Assembly (NCBI RefSeq): GCF_028368995.1
Contig: NZ_JAQNDL010000001.1
Coordinates: forward strand, 928,001-992,000
Length of the DNA stretch: 64,000 nt
Reading direction: 5' to 3'
From: Nannocystis bainbridge
Lineage (GTDB): Bacteria > Myxococcota_A > Polyangia > Nannocystales > Nannocystaceae
Shown: in pieces, positions 18,648 to 30,663 of the stretch
Position numbering within the stretch: position 1 is the first letter of the stretch
How the letters are laid out: the number at the start of each line of letters is the position of its first letter
Program-made: the position numbers and the translations under genes
Notes under the pieces: generated by a model
What the model was told of the DNA's origin: nothing
Databases searched by the model: none
Seen by the model: only the letters and a program-made list of their open reading frames with translations

Positions 18648-19379
18648 TCACCCGCGCGGGCGCACGGCCACGAACAGCGGCCCGAGCTCGGTCTCTCGCG
18701 CGACCGCCTTGAAGCCGGTCTCCTCGAGCATGTCGAGCCACTCGCGGCGGGCGAACAGCCCGTAGGTGTGGCGCTCGTGCTCGCACACCACCTCGTCGCC
18801 CTCGCGCAGCAGCAGCGCGAAGTCGACGGTGTAGGTCGAGTCCTCGGGGTTCGGGTCGACCGTCCACTCGAGGTACCGCAGCCCGCGCTCGCCGTCGTCG
18901 TCGCCGCCGTGGGCGGTCCCGGGCGCGAACGTCTCGCGGGTGCAGTCGGGCGCGAACACGGCCACCCCGCCGGGGCGCAGGTGGGCCAGCGCCGTGCGCA
19001 TGACCGCCCGCAGGGCCTCGGCGCTGGTCATGTACATCACCGCGTCGTGGACCAGCACCGCGTCGAAGCTGCGCCCGAGCCGGAGCGTGCGCATGTCGCC
19101 GACCAGGTGCTCGCACTCGGGGTTGATCGTGCGCGACAGCGCCAGCATCGACGGCGACAGGTCGACCAGCGTGGCCGCGACGTCGCGCTTGTAGTGCGAC
19201 GCCATGTTGCCGCCGCCGGCCCCGAGCTCGAGCAGACTCGCCAGCGGCCCCGAGCCGGACTCGCGGATGATGCGGACCAGCTCGGCGGCCTCGTCGACGT
19301 AGTCGGCCGGGGCCGTGAGCAAGTGGAACCACGCGGCGCGCCGCGTGTACAGCGGGGGCAGCTCGTCGTCGTCGTCCAT
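18648..19379 (-). CDS. Class I SAM-dependent methyltransferase
   Basis: LLELGAGGG, DLSPSML, GDMR, LRPGG. Confidence 0.9.
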   Translation of the reverse strand: MDDDDELPPLYTRRAAWFHLLTAPADYVDEAAELVRIIRESGSGPLASLLELGAGGGNMASHYKRDVAATLVDLSPSMLALSRTINPECEHLVGDMRTLRLGRSFDAVLVHDAVMYMTSAEALRAVMRTALAHLRPGGVAVFAPDCTRETFAPGTAHGGDDDGERGLRYLEWTVDPNPEDSTYTVDFALLLREGDEVVCEHERHTYGLFARREWLDMLEETGFKAVARETELGPLFVAVRPRG

Positions 19380-19413
19380 CACCACGGCGATCCCGAGCTT
19401 AGGCCCCCGCGCA

Positions 19414-22131
<2,718 letters not shown>

Positions 22132-22328
22132 GAGCGGGCGGAAGATATCAAATCGTCGCCGGCCATCTGCCGCGCGAAGGCGCGCGCTGGCTCACTTGTC
22201 CTCCAGGCCCCCCACGACCGCCGCCGGCTCGCCGGGCCCGTCCACGGCCGTCGCGGCCCGCGCGGGGCGAGCGTCCGGTCCGCGTGCGCCGCCGGCCGCA
22301 CGCCGGCCGGCGTGATAGCGTCGCTGCA

Positions 22329-22817
22329 ATGCATACATTCGACCTCCCCGCCGGCGCGGACAGGGCCGAGATCTACACCGAGCTGATCGCCACGGCAGAG
22401 GCGCTCGTCGCGGGCGAGCCCGACCTGGTGGCCAACCTGGCCAACCTCGCCGCGTGCCTCAAGCAGCTGCCGGGCGTGTCGTGGGCGGGCTTTTATCGCC
22501 GGGTCGGCGACGACCTGGTCCTCGGGCCATTTCAGGGCAAGCTCGCGTGCACCCGCATCGGCCCCGGCAAGGGCGTGTGCGGCACCGCGGCGGCCCGCCG
22601 CGAGGCGCTCGTGGTCGCCGACGTCGCCGCCTTCCCCGGCCACATCGCCTGCGACGCCGACTCGCGCAGCGAGGTCGTGGTGCCGATCGTCCGCGGCGCG
22701 CAGGTCCTCGGCGTCATCGACCTCGACAGCGACCGCCTCGACAACTTCGACGCTCGCGACGCCGAGCACCTGACGCGCCTCGCCGCGCTCGTCGCCGGCC
22801 TCGACTGGCCGGCTTGA
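22329..22817 (+). CDS. msrC: GAF protein, free methionine-(R)-sulfoxide reductase-like
   Basis: WAGFY, LGPFQGKLACTRI..GVCG, HIACDADSRSE. Confidence 0.85.
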   Translation: MHTFDLPAGADRAEIYTELIATAEALVAGEPDLVANLANLAACLKQLPGVSWAGFYRRVGDDLVLGPFQGKLACTRIGPGKGVCGTAAARREALVVADVAAFPGHIACDADSRSEVVVPIVRGAQVLGVIDLDSDRLDNFDARDAEHLTRLAALVAGLDWPA

Positions 22818-22857
22818 CCGCAGCCGCCCCGCACGCGACCCTGGAGCTCCTGTTCGC

Positions 22858-23694
22858 ATGATCATCGTCACGGGCACCAAGCGCTCCGGCACCTCGATGT
22901 GGATGCAGATCCTGATCGGCGCCGGCTTTACGTACATCGGCGAGCAGTTCAGCGGCCGCTGGGAGCAGACGATCAAGGCCGCCAACCCCGACGGCTTCTA
23001 CGAGTCGCACCTGCGCCGCGGCATCTACTTCAAGACCAACCCGCACCCCAAGACCGGCGCCTACCTGTTCCCCGAGCAGGTCCAACACCACGCGGTCAAG
23101 GTGTTCATCCCCGGCCTGGTCCGCAGCGACCGCGCCTTCATCACCAAGGTCATCGCCACCGTCCGCGAGTGGCGCGAGTACGAGTCGTCGATCCGCCGCC
23201 TCTACGCGATGGAGGACGACAACCGCCGCAAGGAGGGCAAGGACGACCTGGTGCCGCTGCGCATGCCGGGCGCGCTCGAGTGGTGGGCCGAGAACTTCGC
23301 CCTCGTCCGCGACATCGCCATCCGCCGCTACCCGGTCCACGTGCAGTCGTACGAGGGCCTGCTGGCCGATCCGCAGCGGGTCGTGCGCGACGTGCTCAAG
23401 TGGATCGGCAAGGGCGACGCCGACGCCGCGCTGGCCGCCGTCAAGCCCGAGCACCGCACGCAGCACCGGCCGCCGTCCGACAGCGTCGAGCCCGAGGTCG
23501 CCGCGGTGTTCGACGAGTTCTACGCCGCCCTGCACGCCGGCAAGGGCCTGACCGCGCCGATGCTCGAGAAGCTGAACCACACCAACGAGCTGGTGGCGCC
23601 GCGCATCGCCGGGTGGCAGCGCAAGCTCGGCGAGGACGCCCGCCGCCGCCGCGCGATCAAGGCCGAGGCCAAGGGCCTGCCGCCCGAGAGCTGA
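22858..23694 (+). CDS. Sulfotransferase-family protein
   Basis: IVTGTKRSGTSMW PAPS-binding loop; SYEGLLADP. Confidence 0.7.
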   Translation: MIIVTGTKRSGTSMWMQILIGAGFTYIGEQFSGRWEQTIKAANPDGFYESHLRRGIYFKTNPHPKTGAYLFPEQVQHHAVKVFIPGLVRSDRAFITKVIATVREWREYESSIRRLYAMEDDNRRKEGKDDLVPLRMPGALEWWAENFALVRDIAIRRYPVHVQSYEGLLADPQRVVRDVLKWIGKGDADAALAAVKPEHRTQHRPPSDSVEPEVAAVFDEFYAALHAGKGLTAPMLEKLNHTNELVAPRIAGWQRKLGEDARRRRAIKAEAKGLPPES

Positions 23695-23825
23695 GCGCCG
23701 CAGCGCGGCCGTTCGAGCGGTGCTCCTCGCCGACGACGTCCCTCGCTCACGGCCGTTCGACCCGTGCTCCTCGGCGCCCGCTACAATCACTCGCGGTCAC
23801 CGCGGAGCCCGGCTGAGCTCCTGTC

Positions 23826-25121
23826 GTGGCCGCTGAACCCGCCGGCGCGGCTCGACGATCGCCCGCGCCCGTGCGACCCTCCGCGCGCGTGACCGCGGTC
23901 GTCGTCGCCGTCTTCGGCCTCACCTACGTCCTCATCGCCGCCCGGCGGCTGCGCGCGCTGCCGATCGGGCGGCCTGCGGGCGCCCTGCTCGGCGCCTTCC
24001 TCATGGTGGCGATCGGCGCGCTGCGGCCGGCCGACAGCTACGCCGCGATCGACGGTGACACCATCCTGCTGCTGTTCGCGATGATGGCGCTGGTCGCCTA
24101 CGTCGAGCGGGCCGGCTTCTTCGAGTGGGCGGCCGCCCGCGCGATCGCCCGCGCGCGCACCCCCGTCGGCCTGCTCGTCGCCGTCGCCGTGCTCGCCGGG
24201 GCCATGAGCGCCCTGTTCGTCAACGACGCCGTGTGCGTGTTCCTGACCCCGCTCGTGGTCGTGGCTTGCCAAAAGGCCAGGTTGCCGCTCGGCCCCTATC
24301 TGATCGCCACCGCCACCAGCGCCAACCTCGGCAGCGCCGCCACCCTGGTCGGCAACCCGCAGAACATGATCGTCGGCGGGCTCAGCGGCCTGTCCTTCAC
24401 CGCCTTCTCGGTCCTCGCCGCGCCCGTCGCCGCGCTCGCGCTCGCCATCAACACCGGCCTGCTGCTGCTCTACTACCGCCGCGCGCTCGGCGACGCCCCG
24501 CTCGCGGATGTCCCTTCGGCCAGCTTCGACCGCGGCCGGCTCACCCGCGTGGTCGCCGTCGTGCTCGGGGTCGTCGTCGCCTTCTTCGCCGGCGCCCACC
24601 TCGGCTACGCCGCGCTCGGCGGGGTCGTCGCGCTGTTCCTCGGCGAGCGCGAGGACCCCCACGCCGTGTTCGCCCGCGTCGACTGGACCCTGCTGGTGTT
24701 CTTCGCCGCGCTGTTCGTGGTCGTCGCCGGCCTCGAGACCACCGGCCTCGTCGACGCCGCCTGGGCCACTCTCGGGCCCAGCCTCGGCCACGACGGGCCC
24801 GCCGGCGTGTCGGCGCTGACGCTGCTCTACCTGGTCGGCTCGAACCTGGTCTCCAACGTGCCGATGGTGCTGCTCGCGGCCCCACACGTGGCCGCCGACG
24901 GCTCGACCTTCGCCTGGGTGCTGCTCGGCTTCGTCACCACCGTCGCCGGCAACCTCACCCTGATCGGCTCGGTCGCCAACATCATCGTCGCCGAGAAGGC
25001 CGCCGACGCCCACGAGCTCGGCTTCTTCGAGTACCTGCGCTTCGGCCTGGTCTCGACCCTCGTGGTCCTGGCCGTGTGTGTCCCGGCGCTGGTCGTGCTG
25101 GCGCGCGCGCTCGGGACCTGA
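23826..25121 (+). CDS. ArsB/NhaD/SLC13-type anion permease
   Basis: Many TM helices; FVNDA, ANLGSAATLVGNPQN, SNVP, GNLTLIGSVANII; start uncertain. Confidence 0.88.
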   Translation: MAAEPAGAARRSPAPVRPSARVTAVVVAVFGLTYVLIAARRLRALPIGRPAGALLGAFLMVAIGALRPADSYAAIDGDTILLLFAMMALVAYVERAGFFEWAAARAIARARTPVGLLVAVAVLAGAMSALFVNDAVCVFLTPLVVVACQKARLPLGPYLIATATSANLGSAATLVGNPQNMIVGGLSGLSFTAFSVLAAPVAALALAINTGLLLLYYRRALGDAPLADVPSASFDRGRLTRVVAVVLGVVVAFFAGAHLGYAALGGVVALFLGEREDPHAVFARVDWTLLVFFAALFVVVAGLETTGLVDAAWATLGPSLGHDGPAGVSALTLLYLVGSNLVSNVPMVLLAAPHVAADGSTFAWVLLGFVTTVAGNLTLIGSVANIIVAEKAADAHELGFFEYLRFGLVSTLVVLAVCVPALVVLARALGT

Positions 25122-25384
25122 CCTTTCGGACATCTCCGCCCATTCGCCGCGGCCCGCCTCGGGTCGGCGATCTCGCCGCGAGACGCCGCCAGGCCGGGGC
25201 CGTCGCCGGCCCTCTCGCGGGGTCGCCCGCGTCCGCCTGCGTGCAACAGCGATTTGTCGGGCCACGGGCGCCCGCCCGGGCGCCCGCGCCATTTCTCCGC
25301 CTGGCAGCGAGCATTCCGCGGTGATTGTGCCGGACCGGAGAACCGACGACGCTTGCCGCGAACCTCCTCCCTCTCCGGAGCCCC

Positions 25385-26200
25385 ATGCTCGTCGCAACTG
25401 AATACCTCCCCGACGTCTCGGCCGTCCTTCAACAGTACGTGATCCCGTTCCTGTGGAAGGCCGCAGGCGCGCTCGTCCTCTGGATCATCGGCGGGATCCT
25501 CATCTCCGGCGCCGGCCGGGTCGTGCGCCACGCCATGACCGCCCGCGGCATCGACCCGACCTTCAGCCACTACGTCAACTCGGCGCTCAGCGTGCTGTTG
25601 AAGGTCGTCCTGCTGGTCGCGATCCTCGGCATCTTCGGCGTCGAGTCGACCTCGTTCGCCGCCGTGCTCGCGGCCGCCGGCGTCGCCATCGGCATGGCGT
25701 GGGCGGGCCTCCTCGCCAACTTCGCCGCCGGCATCTTCCTCGTCGTCCTGCGCCCGTTCAAGGTCGGCGACGCTATCCACGGCGCCGGCGTGACCGGCGA
25801 CGTCCGCGAGATCGGCCTGTTCGCCACCACCGTCGACACCGGCGACAACGTCCGCGTGTTCATCGGCAACAACAAGCTGTTCGCCGACAACATCATCAAC
25901 TATTCGGCCAACCCGGTGCGCCGCGTCGACATGCGGGCCCAGCTCGCCCACGGCGTCGACGCCACCCAGGTCGCCGCCGCCCTCGCCGCGCGGCTGCTGC
26001 AGATCGCCAACGTCGCCGCGAACCCCGCCCCGCAGGTCGGCATCCTCGAGTTCAACGCCGCCGGCACGCTCCTCTACGTGCGACCGTTCTGCAACAACCT
26101 CCACTACAACCAGGTCGCCGACGACGTCCAGCGCGTCATCGCCGAGGTCACCGGCGGCCTGCCGGTCCCGGCCCCGCACCACGTCGAACACCGCGCCTGA
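25385..26200 (+). CDS. mscS: Small-conductance mechanosensitive channel
   Basis: LANFAAG..RPFKVGD..G.V.EIGLF.T. Confidence 0.9.
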   Translation: MLVATEYLPDVSAVLQQYVIPFLWKAAGALVLWIIGGILISGAGRVVRHAMTARGIDPTFSHYVNSALSVLLKVVLLVAILGIFGVESTSFAAVLAAAGVAIGMAWAGLLANFAAGIFLVVLRPFKVGDAIHGAGVTGDVREIGLFATTVDTGDNVRVFIGNNKLFADNIINYSANPVRRVDMRAQLAHGVDATQVAAALAARLLQIANVAANPAPQVGILEFNAAGTLLYVRPFCNNLHYNQVADDVQRVIAEVTGGLPVPAPHHVEHRA

Positions 26201-26245
26201 AGGCCCGCGCACGCCGGCCCGCCCGTCACGGCGCGCGGACCTCGT

Positions 26246-26323
26246 CGCATGGCCGTTGCGACATGCCCATGACGACATGTCCATCACGACATGTCCTCAT
26301 GCGCATGCCCCGAAGGACATGTC
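26246..26323. repeat. 14-bp-period array (6 units)
   Basis: CATG at 26248, 26262, 26276, 26290, 26304, 26318; convergent intergenic. Confidence 0.95.
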
Positions 26324-26324
26324 C

Positions 26325-27455
26325 TCAAGCACTAGCCGGCGGGTGGGCCCCGAGCTCGAGCGTGCGCGCCAGCTCGGGCCGCCGCACCTTCCAGATCCAC
26401 CCGTCGTAGAGGAAATGCAGCCACGACGTCGCGGTGTAATAGACCAGGTAGACATCGGTGCGGCGCTGCCCCTGGATCAGCCAGAACACCAGCAGCAGCC
26501 CCCCGGCGAGGGCCGGCACCGCCAGGCGGGCGTCGCCCAGCACCCGCGCCGCCGCCCCGCGCCGCTCGCCGCGGCCGTACTTCTTCGTCCCGAAGTGGTG
26601 CACGAACGCCATGTACTCGACCGCGTGGGCGGTCCCGAAGCACAGGTAGCCGACCACCGGCCCGTGGATCAGGAACACCGCGAACAGCAGCAGCGTCGAC
26701 GCCATCATCGCCAGCCGCGGCGCGCGTTGCCCGGGCGTCGCCGGGGCCCGCAGCTCGTGCGCCAGCCAGCGCAGCAGCACCCACGCGAACGCCCCGACCA
26801 CCGCCAGCAGCAGCGCCCACGCCCACCACGCCCCGGCCAACGGCGCCAGGAGCCGCCCGAGCTTGCGCGCATTGACGTGCCCGCCCAGCAGCTGCGGCCG
26901 CAGCAGCGGCAGCGCCACCGCCACGCACGCCGTCGCCAGCCAGATCAGCGCCCGGTCGCGCCGCGCCTGCTCCGGCCGCTCCGTCCCGCCGCCGAGCTTG
27001 CCCGCGTAGATGCGCAACATCCCGTAGCGCTGCTGCAGCGTGTGCCAGATGTTCCACGCCCCGGTCACGAACAGCGCGATCTGCCACGGCGACAGCTTGA
27101 TGCCCGCCACCGTCGCCGGCGCCAGCCCCGACGTCGCCCGCGCCAGGGCCACGATCGCCACGATCAGCGTCGGCGCCAGCCAGTACGCGCGGGCCCGCTG
27201 CGTGAACACGTCGCGGTCGCCGTACACCACCACGAAGGTGTAGTGGCGATGCACATAGCTGATCGCCAGCGCCGCCAGCACCGCCAGCGCCGTCGCCTCC
27301 TCGAGCTGCGGCTTCGCCAGCGGCGCCCCGCCGAACGCCTGCGCCCCGAGCCCGAGCCCGATCACCAGCCAGAGGTAAAAAGGCAGCCAGCCGAACGCCA
27401 GCGCGGCCACGTCCCACGCCGGCCCGATCATCCACGTCGCGCGGGCTGGCGGCAC
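26325..27455 (-). CDS. Multi-pass membrane protein with His motifs
   Basis: HRHYT, WHTLQQRYG, HAVEY, HFLYDGWIWK. Confidence 0.7.
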   Translation of the reverse strand: MPPARATWMIGPAWDVAALAFGWLPFYLWLVIGLGLGAQAFGGAPLAKPQLEEATALAVLAALAISYVHRHYTFVVVYGDRDVFTQRARAYWLAPTLIVAIVALARATSGLAPATVAGIKLSPWQIALFVTGAWNIWHTLQQRYGMLRIYAGKLGGGTERPEQARRDRALIWLATACVAVALPLLRPQLLGGHVNARKLGRLLAPLAGAWWAWALLLAVVGAFAWVLLRWLAHELRAPATPGQRAPRLAMMASTLLLFAVFLIHGPVVGYLCFGTAHAVEYMAFVHHFGTKKYGRGERRGAAARVLGDARLAVPALAGGLLLVFWLIQGQRRTDVYLVYYTATSWLHFLYDGWIWKVRRPELARTLELGAHPPASA

Positions 27456-27538
27456 CGCGCGACCATATCAGCGCGCCGACTTGCGCGGCAAGCGAGGCCC
27501 CTGGGGCCAGGCTACGCGCGGGCGCGCCACCACGGCGG

Positions 27539-28210
27539 TCACGGATACGACAGCTTCGTGTAGAAGTCGCCGCGCCCTGCGGGCGTGAGGTCGAACATGG
27601 CGAAGATCGGGCTCAGCATGTCGAGCCCGCGGTGGTCCTGTCCCGGTTCGCCGCTGGTGTGGGCCATCTCGGTGCCCCAGAAGTGGCGGACCTTTGCGCC
27701 CTCGCGGCGGAACAGGTTGAGCATCGTCGTGTCGCCGCCCTCGCGGCCCTTGCCGTGATAATCGCGGTTGTAGTGGTTGCCCGCGGTCGACAGCACGCGC
27801 AGGTTTCGCCAGCCGCGCTCCGCGGCGAACGCCGCCAGCCGCGCCGCCGGAGACTCTGCCACCGCCACCAGCGTCAGTCGCTGGCGGATGTTCGGCTCGG
27901 CCGCGTCGAGCCCGTCGAGCAGCGGCGTGCACATCGAGCACGGCCCCGCGCGCTCCGGCCCGAACATGTAGCTGTAGATCGCCAGCGTGTCCTTGCCCGG
28001 CGCGAACAGCTCCGACAGCCGCACCGGTCGCGACGCCCCGCCAACGCTCGTCTCGAACACATAGTCCTCCGGCACCACGCCGCCCGGCGGCAGCGCTCGT
28101 CGCTCGCGCGCAACCGCCTCGGTCAACTGGCGCAGCTCGATCTCTCGCGCCAGCAGGCGGTCGCGGGCCGCCCTGTACGCTTGCGATTCGCCGGGGAAGG
28201 TCGGTGCCAT
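27539..28210 (-). CDS. DUF899 thioredoxin-like protein
   Basis: YRAARDRLLAREIEL, RRALP, YSYMFGP..CSMC, DLTP.GR. Confidence 0.88.
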   Translation of the reverse strand: MAPTFPGESQAYRAARDRLLAREIELRQLTEAVARERRALPPGGVVPEDYVFETSVGGASRPVRLSELFAPGKDTLAIYSYMFGPERAGPCSMCTPLLDGLDAAEPNIRQRLTLVAVAESPAARLAAFAAERGWRNLRVLSTAGNHYNRDYHGKGREGGDTTMLNLFRREGAKVRHFWGTEMAHTSGEPGQDHRGLDMLSPIFAMFDLTPAGRGDFYTKLSYP

Positions 28211-28276
28211 GCCGGCAACCTAGCACGCGGTCGCCCGCTCGCAACCGCGCCCGCTGCATGCACCGGCTCGCGCAAT

Positions 28277-28326
28277 GACATTGTCTTTTGGACATGTCTC
28301 TTCCTACATGTCTCTCGGACCACCCC
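28277..28326. repeat. 14-bp-period array (4 units) in a divergent intergenic region
   Basis: Cores 28279, 28293, 28307, 28321. Confidence 0.75.
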
Positions 28327-28426
28327 GTACCGCGCGGCCCCCAGGCCTCACCTGCGCAGCGCGCGCAACTCACCCTCATGCGGCCGTGCCCCGCTTTTCG
28401 AGCGAGCGAAAAAATCTTCGATCGCG

Positions 28427-28453
28427 TGTCACAACCCGGCCTGCTCGCTCGAC
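28427..28453 (+). promoter_or_regulatory. Putative ECF41 promoter TGTCACA-N16-CGAC
   Basis: One mismatch to the ECF41 consensus TGTCACA-n16-CGTC; upstream of the CMD-sigJ pair. Confidence 0.7.
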
Positions 28454-28476
28454 AAGCCTACGAAGGAAGCCAACCA

Positions 28477-28908
28477 ATGAGCGACAGCCAACCCGTCCGT
28501 CTCGACCAGCAACTCCCCGACGTCGTCAAGGCCGCCATCGAACTGCACCGCGTGCTCGACGGCCACGGCCTCGATCGTACCCTCCATCACCTCGTGGTCA
28601 CCCGCGCCTCGCAGATCAACGGCTGCGTCAACTGCCTCAAGATACACCTCCGCGAGGCGCGTGAGCACGGCGAGACTCAGGACCGGCTCGACCGCCTCGT
28701 CGTCTGGGACCACGTCGACGACTTCAGCGAGCGCGAGAAGGCCGCCCTCGCGTGGACCGAGGCGCTCACCGTGCTCGATCGCAAGACCGACTACGGCCCG
28801 CTGCGGGCGCGCCTGCGCCGGCACTTCAGCGACGAGCACATCGCCGCGCTCACCGCCACCATCGGCATGATCAACTCCTGGAACCGCCTCCAGGTCTCGA
28901 CCCACTGA
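28477..28908 (+). CDS. Carboxymuconolactone decarboxylase/AhpD family protein
   Basis: RASQINGCVNCL..H, INSWNRL. Confidence 0.92.
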   Translation: MSDSQPVRLDQQLPDVVKAAIELHRVLDGHGLDRTLHHLVVTRASQINGCVNCLKIHLREAREHGETQDRLDRLVVWDHVDDFSEREKAALAWTEALTVLDRKTDYGPLRARLRRHFSDEHIAALTATIGMINSWNRLQVSTH

Positions 28909-28909
28909 C

Positions 28910-29779
28910 ATGAAGCTTCTCGACGACGACGACGACCACGAGTTCGCCGCGGCCCGGCCGATGCTGCTGGGCCTCGCCTATCGCCTGCTCGGCTCGCGCG
29001 CCGACGCCGAGGACGCGGTCCAGGACACCTGGCTCAAGTGGCGCGCCGCCGCCGTCGCCGTCGAGAACCCCGGCGCGTGGCTGACCACCGTGTGCACGCG
29101 GCGCTGCATCGACATGCTGCGCTCGGGCCACAAGGCGCGGATCGACTACGTCGGCAGCTGGCTGCCCGAGCCGCTGCCGACCGACGACGACGACGTCGGG
29201 GCCTCGCTCGGCTCGTCGCTGACGGTCGCGTTCTTGCTCGTGCTCGAGCGGCTGACCCCGAAGGAGCGGGCCGCCTATCTGCTGCACGAGGTGTTCGACG
29301 TCTCCTACGCCGAGACCGCGCGGACCCTGGCGATGGACGAGGTCAACTGCCGCAAGCTGGTCTCGCGGGCCCGCGGCCACCTCGAGCAGACCCGCGTTCG
29401 TCACGTCACCCCGCGCGATCGCCAGGACGAGCTGCTCGCCGCCTTCGAGGCCGCGATCGCCGGCGGCCACACCGAGCGGCTCGCCGCCCTGCTGGCCAGC
29501 GACGTCGAGCTGCGGGCCGACAGCGGCGGCAAGGTCCCGGCCCTGCGCGAGACCTTGCAAGGCAAGGCGGCCGTGCTCGCGTTCGTGCACGCCACCTTGC
29601 ACCGCTTCTGGGGCGCCTTCACGTGCGAGTCCCCCGACCTCAACGGCGCCCGCGCGCTGGTGTTCCGCGCCGGGGACGGCGCCGCGATCGCCGCCGTCTC
29701 GTTCGCTTACGACGAGCGAGGCGCCGCGACCGGCATCTACATCATGCGCAACCCCGACAAGCTGGCCGGGCTCGCGTAA
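28910..29779 (+). CDS. sigJ: ECF41 sigma factor (SigJ-like, SnoaL extension)
   Basis: AEDAVQD, WLPEP, DSGGK, RNPDKL. Confidence 0.92.
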   Translation: MKLLDDDDDHEFAAARPMLLGLAYRLLGSRADAEDAVQDTWLKWRAAAVAVENPGAWLTTVCTRRCIDMLRSGHKARIDYVGSWLPEPLPTDDDDVGASLGSSLTVAFLLVLERLTPKERAAYLLHEVFDVSYAETARTLAMDEVNCRKLVSRARGHLEQTRVRHVTPRDRQDELLAAFEAAIAGGHTERLAALLASDVELRADSGGKVPALRETLQGKAAVLAFVHATLHRFWGAFTCESPDLNGARALVFRAGDGAAIAAVSFAYDERGAATGIYIMRNPDKLAGLA

Positions 29780-29916
29780 ATGACGCCGAGGCCGCGCCGG
29801 GCTCGTCCGCAGCGGTCCCAGGCCCGCACCTCCGGGCCCGGGGGCGGTCTGCGGCGGCCGTCCGGCGAGGTGCGGCTAGACTTCGCGCGCGCCCAACCGC
29901 GGCGCGGACCGACCTC

Positions 29917-30258
29917 ATGGGCAAGAAGCGAAAGCTCCGCAAGAACCTGCACAAGCGCGAGATCGACGACCAGCCGGCGCTGGTGATCTGCGTCGGCAAG
30001 TCGTGCGCCCCGCGCGAGGTCTCGCGCCTGCTGGCCGACCAGACCCGGGCCTACGCCGCGGCCACCGGCGGCAAGGTGCGCGTGGCCCTGGTCGGCTGCC
30101 TGCACATCTGCAAAAAGGGCCCGCTCGCCGCGACCTGGCCCGACATCGAATTTTATAAAAAGGTCGACCTGGCCCGCGCCTGCCGCCTGGTCGACGAGCT
30201 GGCCGCGACGGTCCCCGACCTGCCCTTGCAGGCAGGTCCCTCCGGACATTCTCCATGA
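29917..30258 (+). CDS. Thioredoxin-like [2Fe-2S] ferredoxin domain protein
   Basis: ICVGKSC...GCLHICKKGP. Confidence 0.75.
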   Translation: MGKKRKLRKNLHKREIDDQPALVICVGKSCAPREVSRLLADQTRAYAAATGGKVRVALVGCLHICKKGPLAATWPDIEFYKKVDLARACRLVDELAATVPDLPLQAGPSGHSP

Positions 30259-30308
30259 GACATGCTCCCCGGGACATGCTCTGAAGAGCATGTCCTGGGA
30301 GACATCTT
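30217..30308. repeat. 14-bp-period array (7 units) overlapping the ferredoxin 3' end
   Basis: Cores 30219, 30233, 30247, 30261, 30275, 30289, 30303. Confidence 0.9.
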
Positions 30309-30663
30309 CTCCGCTTGCCCCGCAAGATCGCTGCGATCCGGCCCACGGCCGCGGAGCGCTGCGTGCCCACGGCCGCGCGTCCGCTCCCGCACCGCGCTTC
30401 GCGTGCGTCCCCCGCGATTCGCGCCCGAGCTCCACGTCCTGTCCCTTCGGACAGCCCGTCGATGCGTGCTGGCACCTGCCCGGAGCTCCAGGCCGCTGGC
30501 GTCGGCCCTCGCGCCAGCGCGCGCTGTGGCCCCTGCGCAGGCGGAGCGCCGCGTCGCCGCCGGGCGGTGACGGGACGTGTCGGCATGGGGGACGCGGGAC
30601 CTCGCGGCGTCCGGTCGCGGCTGATTGAGCGACCGACGCTCGCGCGGTAAGGTCACCGCCGAC

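Noticed and set aside
18481-18765. Short ORFs beginning in the arrays (MDMLFRACP.., MSHGTC..)
   Set aside because: The ATGs are by-products of the CATG cores, with no RBS or conserved product.
26246-26323. Ordinary minisatellite/VNTR explanation
   Set aside because: Spacers differ between neighbouring units while cores and phase are conserved across distant loci.
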